A stretch of DNA of 64,000 nucleotides from Octopus vulgaris (lineage: Eukaryota). This document shows positions 59,779 through 64,000 of the stretch, piece after piece (within the stretch, counting starts at the first letter, position 1; each line of letters opens with the position of its first letter). Made by a program: the position numbers and the translations under genes. The DNA is taken from positions 29,326,001-29,390,000 of the forward strand of contig OX597832.1 in assembly GCA_951406725.2 (NCBI GenBank). Direction: 5' to 3'. The notes beneath the pieces are model-generated. The model was not told where the DNA came from. It searched no databases and saw nothing but the letters and a program-made list of their open reading frames with translations.

Positions 59779-61093
59779 TGCTTAGGTGTAGTGATGATAA
59801 TAACCTGATGTTAGAACTCAGTACATATTCTTCAGAAAGAATTAGTCAAGGACAGAGCAGCGATAAGAGATTAAATAAACAACAAAAGAAGTAAGAAATT
59901 ATGTCATCAAGTTCATTACATTATTTCTTAGTCCCTCGTCATTTTAATTATAGATATATAGATATAATTTAAGGGGAGGGGGTGTAATGAATGCTGTGTA
60001 TAATTATATACATACTTATATATGTAAGCCTACCCAGCCTTTACAAGCGACTATGAGCAAAATCACAGTTGTGGTGGATACTGGTGTCACACAAATAGCA
60101 CCTGTGCCAGTGGCATGTAAAAGCACCCATTACACTCTTGGAGTGGTTGGCATTAGGAAGAGCATTCAGCTGTAGAAAACCATGCCAAATCAGACTGGAT
60201 GCTGGTGCATCCTTCCAGCTTATCAGCCCTGGTCAAACTGTCCAACCCATGCCAGTATGGACAACGGACGTTAAATGATGATGATGATGACTTGGTAGTA
60301 TGAACCATGCTTTGGCTAATTGGTATGGGTCCATACATTGTCACGAGTAGATACTGACACCCTCTTGTCCTTCCCATCCATGGCCCCGGGAGACAGAGGG
60401 GATGTGACTACATTGGCCTGTCTGCTAATGACCCTCCACCCAATCAACAGTATGAGGGAAAGCAAAGATGAAATTTGGACCAGGAACATGAAGGGACAGG
60501 AGACGAAATACCACAAGGCATTGAGCTGGTCACTCAAACAACTGCATCATCCTTTGCCAGGATGGTGATGAAGACGATGCTGAGGGATGATGATGAAGAC
60601 AATAGTGATGAGTGTGCTGATAATGAAGATGATGAAGGTGATGATCGTGAAGACAATACCAATAGAGATGAAAATGATGGTGATGGTGATGATGATGATG
60701 AGGACGATGCCAACAGAGATGAAGACAATGATGATGATGAGGATGATGATGATGATACTGAAGATGATGGTGATGCAGGCGATGATGATGATGAAGACGA
60801 CACCAACAGAGATGAAGATGATACTGATGATGATGAGAATGATGCTGATGATGATGATGACAACTATGACAGTGATGATGATGATGATGATGATGATAGA
60901 GAAACAACGAAGAGAAAGAGAGCCTTACATTCTGATGATTCTCTATGCAGTCATCGTCTGAAACATTAGCTTGCAATTTCAGCTGAAACTCTTGGAGTCT
61001 TAAAAGGAATCGTTGTCCAAGAGCTTTGGGGAAGACATCAATGACGTCCTTGCTGGTGTAGACTTCTTCTTCTTCTTTACCGTAACCGAATCT
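1165..61093 (-). CDS. DOCK9: Dedicator of cytokinesis DOCK-D/zizimin (DOCK9/10/11-like Cdc42 GEF), partial multi-exon gene; 32 core exons, about 1352 aa in window
   Basis: Hand-spliced exons all have GT-AG boundaries and compatible phases (4057 nt, open frame). Motifs: [24 protein letters not shown] and [13 protein letters not shown] (DHR-1/C2), [62 protein letters not shown] (start of DHR-2). The paralog label DOCK9 is approximate. Confidence 0.95.
1652..1862 (-). mobile_element. tRNA-headed SINE family B
   Basis: GAGCTGGCAGAAACGTTAGC...GAGTTCAAATTCC...GTCGACTTTGCCTTTCATCCTTTCG core; many copies in window. Confidence 0.88.
2008..2223 (-). CDS. DOCK9: DOCK exon ([24 protein letters not shown]...[12 protein letters not shown]...KDYSE), start of DHR-2, phase 0-0
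   Basis: tctttcag| and |gttggt; highly conserved DOCK-D motif. Confidence 0.97.
2556..2990 (+). mobile_element. maT-type (DD37D) transposase 3' fragment
   Basis: WQQDSAPCH...[13 protein letters not shown] (37 aa D-D spacing); C-terminus ...[12 protein letters not shown]. Confidence 0.88.
3273..3386 (-). CDS. DOCK9: DOCK exon ([14 protein letters not shown]...AKSDKAMQ), phase 0-0
   Basis: ttccgcag| and |gtaaga. Confidence 0.96.
4102..4227 (-). CDS. DOCK9: DOCK exon ([42 protein letters not shown]), phase 0-0
   Basis: gcttccag| and |gtcagt. Confidence 0.96.
4687..4743 (-). CDS. DOCK9: DOCK exon ([19 protein letters not shown]), phase 0-0
   Basis: ttttacag| and |gtatgt. Confidence 0.94.
6157..6294 (-). 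CDS. DOCK9: DOCK exon ([18 protein letters not shown]...WRSFIRK), phase 0-0
   Basis: tttgcag| and |gtaagt. Confidence 0.95.
6400..6620. mobile_element. piggyBac-type MITE (family 1)
   Basis: TTAA on both sides; TIR CCCTTTCGTTAC / GTAATGAAAGAG. Confidence 0.75.
7059..7290 (-). mobile_element. SINE family B, full length
   Basis: Complete head to CCCTTGTGGGCAATAAAGAAAT tail. Confidence 0.9.
7433..7539 (-). CDS. DOCK9: DOCK exon ([35 protein letters not shown]), phase 1-0
   Basis: cattgcag| and |gtaaga; EANI.TEV motif. Confidence 0.93.
7772..8040. mobile_element. MITE with about 29-bp TIRs and 8-bp TSD (Merlin- or hAT-like)
   Basis: GGATCTTTTCGCTTTGACCGGCAGATTTT vs AAAATCTGCCAGTCAAAGCATAAAGAACC; AGAAACTT on both flanks. 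Confidence 0.8.
8208..8344 (-). CDS. DOCK9: DOCK exon ([12 protein letters not shown]...QADLSN), phase 2-1
   Basis: tattgtag| and |gtgaag; phases fit both neighbours. Confidence 0.85.
8462..8668. mobile_element. piggyBac-type MITE (family 2)
   Basis: TTAA|CCCTTTAGT ... ACTAAAGGG|TTAA; near-identical copy at 54466-54685. Confidence 0.85.
8695..9114. mobile_element. piggyBac-type MITE (family 2) with a nested RTE 3'-tail insertion at about 8866-9033
   Basis: TTAA|CCCTTTAGC ... GAAGGG|TTAA; insert flanked by duplicated ATAATTAATT(C/G)ATATCA(A)TTAATTCATATCAAT. Confidence 0.8.
9328..9381 (-). CDS. DOCK9: DOCK exon ([17 protein letters not shown]), phase 2-2
   Basis: tttgcag| and |gtaaga; F.Y.GKR motif. 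Confidence 0.94.
9447..9620. repeat. About 49-bp purine-rich minisatellite, about 3.5 copies
   Basis: AAGGACAGAAGGGGACAGTTGAAT recurs at about 49-bp intervals. Confidence 0.85.
9900..9966 (-). CDS. DOCK9: DOCK exon ([21 protein letters not shown]), phase 1-2
   Basis: tattccag| and |gtaagt. Confidence 0.92.
10164..10300 (-). CDS. DOCK9: DOCK exon (TQSVGG...[26 protein letters not shown]), phase 2-1
   Basis: attcccag| and |gtaaga. Confidence 0.92.
10925..11220 (-). mobile_element. SINE family D
   Basis: GAGTTTGAATCCCG B box, GTGTTCTTGAGCAAGACACTT core, (ATT)n tail; tail fragment again at about 49420-49500. Confidence 0.7.
11368..11494 (-). CDS. DOCK9: DOCK exon ([19 protein letters not shown]...SSSHSHL), phase 1-2, poorly conserved linker
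   Basis: cttctcttctgccag| and |gtaatt; required to reconcile the phases of the neighbouring exons. Confidence 0.8.
12338..12740 (+). mobile_element. SINE family A, near full length
   Basis: Same head, internal TA/TG microsatellite, tail GGCGGTGCTCCAGCATGGCCGCAGTCAAATGACTGAAACAAGTAAAAG. Confidence 0.9.
12888..13128 (-). CDS. DOCK9: DOCK exon ([19 protein letters not shown]...FDVIAGR), phase 0-1
   Basis: tttttcag| and |gtacac; RIA.LYLP motif. Confidence 0.92.
13989..14167 (-). CDS. DOCK9: DOCK exon ((D)[24 protein letters not shown]...[11 protein letters not shown]), phase 1-0
   Basis: atctatag| and |gtattt. Confidence 0.94.
16962..17420 (+). mobile_element. mariner (DD34D) transposase 3' fragment
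   Basis: FHQDNVRPH...[14 protein letters not shown] (34 aa D-D spacing), then frameshifted ...ENEGEYVLD*. Confidence 0.9.
17741..18121 (+). mobile_element. Non-autonomous Helitron
   Basis: 5' TC, 3' hairpin CCTGAGCAACGCCAGG then CTAG, inserted between A and T, no TSD. Confidence 0.8.
19650..19800. repeat. About 42-bp tandem repeat, about 3.5 copies
   Basis: CTGATGGATTGGTAGAGTCTGGCTGTGGTGTAAAATATAAAA. Confidence 0.85.
20112..20153 (-). CDS. DOCK9: Candidate 42-nt cassette exon (V)[13 protein letters not shown], phase 1-1
   Basis: tcccctttttcgacgcag| acceptor, CTG|gtaagc donor, open in phase 1; alternative tttag acceptor gives 36 nt. Confidence 0.5.
20533..20852. repeat. Compound TA/TG/CA microsatellite (one of many)
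   Basis: Visible in sequence. Confidence 0.95.
21453..21770 (+). mobile_element. tRNA-headed SINE family C
   Basis: TGGCCCAGTGGTTAGAGC...GGTTTCAATTCCC head, body CACCTAAAGCTCCACG; related copy at about 52505-52822 (-). Confidence 0.75.
22088..22440 (-). mobile_element. Degenerate 3' fragment of a second RTE-like LINE
   Basis: [11 protein letters not shown]...[10 protein letters not shown]-terminal motif followed by a (GGAT)n tail. Confidence 0.7.
22490..22706 (+). mobile_element. SINE family B (alternative tail)
   Basis: Same head and core; tail AAAATTTCGGGCCTTGTGTCTAGAGTAG. Confidence 0.88.
24982..24996 (-). CDS. DOCK9: Candidate 15-nt microexon (D)VQLE, phase 1-1
   Basis: ttcttctctttacgactgacag|ATGTCCAATTGGAAG|gtaaat; frame-preserving in a phase-1 intron. 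Confidence 0.55.
26205..28846 (+). mobile_element. 5'-truncated RTE-clade LINE (RT domain, internal PHD finger, (GAT)n tail), frameshifted
   Basis: ORF 26295-27947 has [37 protein letters not shown] and YADD; the C-terminus ([15 protein letters not shown]) continues in another frame; ends in (GAT)n; no endonuclease domain present. Confidence 0.95.
30097..30513 (+). mobile_element. SINE family B tandem dimer
   Basis: Full unit followed by a second unit restarting at GGTATTTCGTCTG. Confidence 0.88.
30821..30929 (-). CDS. DOCK9: DOCK exon ([36 protein letters not shown]), phase 0-1
   Basis: ggcacag| and |gtttgt. Confidence 0.95.
32756..32865. repeat. Perfect 53-bp inverted repeat with a 4-nt GCAA loop
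   Basis: 32756-32808 is the exact reverse complement of 32813-32865; a single arm recurs at about 55432-55481. Confidence 0.95.
33074..33157 (-). CDS. DOCK9: DOCK exon ([28 protein letters not shown]), phase 0-0
   Basis: tcattcag| and |gtatgt; DRGFVF motif. Confidence 0.95.
33240..33910. repeat. About 15-bp minisatellite array with higher-order structure
   Basis: GAAATGTCA(C/T)GGTG-type units with periodic AAAATATCACAACAC variants. Confidence 0.9.
34023..34262. mobile_element. Degenerate MITE with subterminal repeats
   Basis: CTTTTCGTCCGACGTCACTT inverted against AAGTGACATCAGACGAAAAG; internal repeats of that motif. Confidence 0.55.
34385..34531 (-). CDS. DOCK9: DOCK exon ([11 protein letters not shown]...[10 protein letters not shown]), phase 0-0
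   Basis: ttcttcag| and |gtgaat; 147 nt. Confidence 0.94.
34628..34832 (+). mobile_element. SINE family B (left member of inverted pair)
   Basis: Family B head and core. Confidence 0.88.
34841..35075 (-). mobile_element. SINE family B (right member of inverted pair)
   Basis: Reverse complement of family B, full length. Confidence 0.88.
35164..35367 (-). CDS. DOCK9: DOCK exon (YVFKT...KTVHEELAK...[25 protein letters not shown]), phase 0-0
   Basis: tattgcag| and |gtaagg. Confidence 0.96.
35477..35790 (-). mobile_element. RTE 3'-tail fragment; representative of about 15 copies (e.g. 5590-5960, 23400-23865, 31225-31376, 32275-32370, 36700-36930, 48574-48810, 49500-49760, 57075-57310, 60060-60290, 62740-62930)
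   Basis: Matches LINE 3' end 28670-28846: GAGTGGTTGGCGTTAGGAAGGGCATCCAGCTGTAGAAAC...CCAACCCATGCTAGCATGGAAAGCGGACGTTAAA(TGA)n. Confidence 0.9.
36110..36179 (-). CDS. DOCK9: DOCK exon ([23 protein letters not shown]), phase 2-0
   Basis: ttttccag| and |gtgagt. Confidence 0.94.
37219..37334 (-). CDS. DOCK9: DOCK exon ([38 protein letters not shown]), phase 0-2
   Basis: cgtttcag| and |gtacag. Confidence 0.95.
37618..37981 (+). mobile_element. SINE family A
   Basis: Close match to 12338-12740 with an internal deletion. Confidence 0.9.
39622..39990 (-). mobile_element. SINE family A, diverged
   Basis: Reverse complement of family A head and tail. Confidence 0.75.
40631..41438 (+). mobile_element. 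Internally deleted Tc1-like DNA transposon with DD36E spacing
   Basis: Perfect 28-bp TIRs CAGGGGTTGGACAAAATAATGGAAACAC (40631-40658 and 41411-41438); TA on the left, TG on the right; transposase remnants [36 protein letters not shown]...[15 protein letters not shown]. Confidence 0.93.
41933..41986 (-). CDS. DOCK9: Probable cassette exon ([18 protein letters not shown]), phase 0-0
   Basis: tgtgctttggttag| acceptor, AAG|gtaagt consensus donor, 54 nt, open; not required for continuity of the flanking exons. Confidence 0.7.
44216..44308 (-). CDS. DOCK9: DOCK exon ([31 protein letters not shown]), phase 0-0
   Basis: cttgcag| and |gtaaga; DQHL.NFF motif. Confidence 0.95.
45339..45425 (-). CDS. 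DOCK9: DOCK exon ([29 protein letters not shown]), phase 0-0
   Basis: tattacag| and |gtaagc; IKWVDG motif. Confidence 0.95.
45641..45797. repeat. About 79-bp direct tandem duplication
   Basis: TGACCAGCATATTGGATG...TTTGAATCAGATTGTTC twice. Confidence 0.9.
46234..46321 (-). CDS. DOCK9: DOCK exon ([29 protein letters not shown]), phase 2-0
   Basis: ctttacag| and |gtgagt; ANLP.GYL motif. Confidence 0.94.
46916..47326. mobile_element. hAT-type MITE
   Basis: TIR CAGGGATGTGCCG / CGGCACATGCCTG; 8-bp TSD AATCCTAC / AATTCTAC. Confidence 0.8.
47592..47770 (-). CDS. DOCK9: DOCK exon ([25 protein letters not shown]...[11 protein letters not shown]), phase 0-2
   Basis: tcgacag| and |gtaagt; DHR-1 core. 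Confidence 0.96.
47900..48410. repeat. Dimeric minisatellite (about 70-bp period)
   Basis: Alternating TGTCACAATGTGTAACAGG and TGTCACAAAGTGTAACAG subunits. Confidence 0.85.
49214..49306 (-). CDS. DOCK9: DOCK exon ([31 protein letters not shown]), phase 0-0
   Basis: attccag| and |gtaagt. Confidence 0.95.
50231..50296 (-). CDS. DOCK9: DOCK exon ([22 protein letters not shown]), phase 0-0
   Basis: attccag| and |gtaaac; ARNIA motif. Confidence 0.95.
50925..51322 (-). mobile_element. SINE family A, diverged
   Basis: Reverse complement of family A head and tail. Confidence 0.75.
51531..52120. repeat. 35-bp C-rich minisatellite, about 17 copies
   Basis: CTTCCACCCTCCACCCC(C/T)ATCACCCTCTCATACTT. 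Confidence 0.95.
52145..52329 (-). CDS. DOCK9: DOCK exon, start of DHR-1 (CVTPSLLPL...[20 protein letters not shown]), phase 1-0
   Basis: tgtttcag| and weak |gttcgt donor; 185 nt. Confidence 0.93.
52505..52822 (-). mobile_element. tRNA-headed SINE family C
   Basis: TGGCCTAGAGGTTAG...GGTTCGAATCTC head; (AAC)n tail. Confidence 0.75.
53068..53283 (+). mobile_element. SINE family B, flanked by diverged minus-strand copies (about 52825-52980 and 53295-53450)
   Basis: Family B head and core. Confidence 0.82.
53673..53752 (-). CDS. DOCK9: DOCK exon ([26 protein letters not shown]), phase 2-1
   Basis: ctttgtag| and |gtaagt; 80 nt. Confidence 0.92.
54059..54166 (-). CDS. DOCK9: DOCK exon ([35 protein letters not shown]), phase 2-2
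   Basis: cccacag| and |gtaaca; LYRQ.S.KLS motif. Confidence 0.93.
54466..54685. mobile_element. piggyBac-type MITE (family 2)
   Basis: TTAA TSD, CCCTTTAGT termini, matches 8462-8668. Confidence 0.85.
54714..54916 (-). CDS. DOCK9: DOCK exon ([24 protein letters not shown]...RMPFAWTA), phase 0-2
   Basis: ctcctccag| and |gtaagt; IEKVLQG and RMPFAW motifs. Confidence 0.95.
55457..55510 (-). ncRNA. Minimal type I hammerhead ribozyme motif (Penelope-like element/retrozyme type)
   Basis: Minus strand reads AACAAAAACTGT-CTGACGA-ACGGCAACGA-GAAA-CTCAGAG-TA-ACAGATTTTGTT: stem I, CUGANGA core, short stem II with GCAA loop, GAAA, near-palindromic stem III, GUA cleavage triplet. Confidence 0.8.
55724..55945 (-). 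CDS. DOCK9: DOCK exon ([26 protein letters not shown]...WFYSKERR), phase 0-0
   Basis: tcttccag| and |gtaagt; EPFF..ALYD..KKI.EDF motif; 222 nt. Confidence 0.93.
56131..56519 (+). mobile_element. SINE family B tandem dimer
   Basis: Same dimer junction (AAAGAAATAGGTATTTCG) as 30097-30513. Confidence 0.88.
60563..60897. repeat. Degenerate (GAT)n trinucleotide tract
   Basis: Visible in sequence; explains the overlapping low-complexity ORFs. Confidence 0.9.
60929..61093 (-). CDS. DOCK9: DOCK exon 1 in window (RFGYGKEE...IENHQN), phase 0-0
   Basis: tctttccag| acceptor, |gtaagg donor, 165 nt. Confidence 0.85.
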
Positions 61094-61220
61094 CTGGAAA
61101 GAAAACAAGACATTAGCCAAGGGAAGTTGGGTGCGGCAGAGCGATAATGTGCTATAGAACAGTGGTACTATGACCATAGTATTGAGACAGGGTACTAACT
61201 ACAACGGTATCTCCTTCCCT

Positions 61221-61258
<38 letters not shown>

Positions 61259-61343
61259 CCCAACTCCCTCCAGCCTCTCCCTTTCTAGCAATCTTTACAG
61301 CAGGAACAGTGATAAGGCACTGCTAGAAGCAGTAGTAGTGGCG

Positions 61344-61374
<31 letters not shown>

Positions 61375-64000
61375 TTGGTGTTGGTAGCTATGGCAATAGG
61401 TAGCTTGGTGACAGAGGTAGCAGAGTTTGACCTTATTTTTGACCTTATGTTGTGTCCCTTTGGCGAAGGTGGACAACCATCATCATCATTTAATGTCCCC
61501 TTTTCTATGCTGTGCCAACCTTCAGTGTCAACTTTTAGTGTCAACTTTGGCATAGTTTCTATGACTGGATGCCCTTCCTAAAAAAGCCAACCACTTTACA
61601 GAGGCACTTTATTTACTAGGTGCCTTTTTCATGGCACTTTTTCAAGTACTCACAAACCCCAACAACTGAATGGGGTACCTGCTTATTTTGGTTACTGCAA
61701 TGTTTATCCTATGGTTTGCCCTTCCATTGCTATTCATCATTAATTACATCAAGAATATATTCCATCCTTCAACAGAAACCATGGATGATGAAACAGTTTG
61801 AGACACGACTGCCTTGCCTCCTTCTACAACACCGACATTCAGAACCAACCACACTGTCTTGAGTGTTGTGGACTCGCAAGAATAAGTGTAAAAAAAAAAA
61901 ACTATTTCCCAGCCATCTGCATCTCATCAGTGTCACCAAGTTGACCTTTGCAAAGTCGACAATTCTAGCTCTGGAGGTTCTTTTGAAAACTGAATTGGTG
62001 TTTAGTGGCAGACAAAGTTGAACTTTTACAAAATGTTAATAATCAAAAAATGGTTTTCAAAAAAAAAACCCAAAAAAAAACACATCCAACCGTTCGCTTC
62101 TGAACTCGGTTAATGTTCTTAGTCTTGAAAGACAACACACTCTTCATACGTGTGGCTTTCACTGATTTGACAAAATTCTACACCCAAATACCAAATCTAT
62201 TATACCATTGTTTTAAAAGATTAAATTACTGGATCTTTCCACCCACTTCCACTGCCTCACACACACACACACACACTATCTGCTTCAAATATTTTTATTG
62301 CATCATCGTCTTCGGCTCCTTGTGTATTTATTTCCAGCGTTTCAATTTTGTCGTTCTCTTTTAAACACAAATTGAGTTTTTGTGGGGGCGTAATTGTTTA
62401 ACCCAGGTCAGAGCCATGATTGAAGACACTCCAGATTTTGGTGGCCACCCTAGGAGAAATACTGGCAGTGGCACAGGGACATACACCCCCCCTTCCAGTG
62501 AGATTGATGTTATTGATGGTACCTTTTGAATAGGAGAAGGGGAAGGAAAATGTGTGCAGGGAGTGAATGTGGGAGGAGTGACATAGTAGGGAGGAAGGAC
62601 TTGGTATAGGGGTTGGTGCAGGGATCGAAGAAGGAATGGAGATAATATGATGGGGGAGGGGGAGGAAGGAGAGGAGGAAGCAGATGAGAGGAAGGGGGAA
62701 GAGAAGTCTTCATCCCACAAGTTACTTGGTGACCCTGTTGGTACCATGTTAAAGCACCCAGTACACTCTGTAAAATGGGGTTGGTGTTAGGAAGGGCATC
62801 CAGCTGTGGAAACCAGGCCGAAACAGACAATGGGGCCTGGTGCAGTCCTCTGGCTTGCCAGCCCCTTGTCAAACCATCCAGCCCATGCCAGCATGGATGA
62901 CAGATGCTAAATGATGGTGATGAGGATGAACTAGTCCTCAGATTTCGTTTACTGTACATGTTGTGTTGTGGTGTTCATGCCTCTTATGGCTTAACTGTGT
63001 AACACAGTCGTGAACATTTTACATATCAAATGCTTCAAAACTAAAAGATTTTGTCTTTGAGACACTCAGAATTACATTACAAACCCCATAATTTGGGGAC
63101 TACTACCACATCTAGTGAAGCATACCACCACCACCACCATCAAAACCAATACCTCAGTGAATACCCAGTGTTGCTGCCCCTCCCCCCAGCACCACAACAA
63201 ATACCCACCGCTACCCCACCAATAGCCCTGCTGCTCTCCAATATGAGGAAAAGAAACTATATTAGCTATCATCACAAAGATATATATTTAACTGGCAAAT
63301 ATTTCCCAGACTTTCAGCGAAGAACCATACAGAAAATTATTATTTTCAGTTTTAAAAATCAATAAAATAGATTCTCACTGGAATGGAGAAATATAAGAAA
63401 AGCTACGGGGGAGGGGGGGTTGAGAAGGGAGAGAAGCAGAAAGGGAGAGAAAAGAGATGTAACGTGCACACGTGTGTGTGTGTGTGTGTTTGTGGACAGA
63501 ACTTGTAATTTTGAAACTGCTCATGTGATATAATTAAAGATCAGCTGTTTTGCTGCACAAATCAAGAAGGGAAGAAGTAAATAATATAAAACAAAAAAAA
63601 AAAGCCTAAAAAAAAAATTAAATATTGAGAGAAATAATTAAGAAGAGAAATAACAAACGAAGTTGGTAATGTGAATTAAACAGATGGAGGGGGAAGAAAG
63701 AGATGGAAAAACAACCAACAACAACAACAACAAAAAAAAGATGACAAAAGTGTTTTCCAGTTTTTGAGAAGTAGGAATTATCTTGGCAATAAAGAACGTA
63801 TATTAAAAAGTAGATATTTCAGAGAGAAATATTCTGAAATATTGTTAAGAGAGAAAGAGTTAGGTGAAGAAGGGGGGGGGGCAGGGCATTATCTTTTGGG
63901 TTTGTCGACAGAGAAAACGAAACTTAGATTGAATTAAAGATTTCGGAGTTAAAACTATATTATCAAGTGTTAGCATGGGATTATTGATTTGATAAAGTTT

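Noticed and set aside
60475-60969. 164-aa acidic ORF and overlapping His-, Ser- and Met-rich ORFs
   Set aside because: Products of a degenerate (GAT)n tract; only the minus-strand exon 60929-61093 has splice support.

Overview
AT-rich, microsatellite- and SINE-dense eukaryotic DNA; the repeat complement suggests an octopus/coleoid cephalopod (inference). The whole window lies inside one minus-strand gene, a DOCK-D/zizimin guanine-nucleotide exchange factor (DOCK9/10/11 orthologue). I assembled 32 GT-AG exons by hand (61093 down to 1165). They are phase-consistent, total 4057 nt (about 1352 aa), and cover the post-PH region, the DHR-1/C2 domain, the helical linker and the start of DHR-2; both gene ends lie outside the window. 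The introns hold a 5'-truncated RTE LINE with a PHD finger inside its ORF and many copies of its 3' tail, four SINE families, three Tc1/mariner relics (DD34D, DD36E, DD37D), piggyBac-, hAT- and Merlin/hAT-type MITEs, a Helitron and minisatellites. The most notable signals are: (1) frame-preserving candidate microexons and cassette exons, clustered in the 16.6-kb phase-1 intron, plus candidate truncating terminal exons; (2) a minimal type I hammerhead ribozyme in the sense orientation of the pre-mRNA, with a 53-bp perfect palindrome built from the same element; (3) inverted SINE pairs that could form dsRNA.
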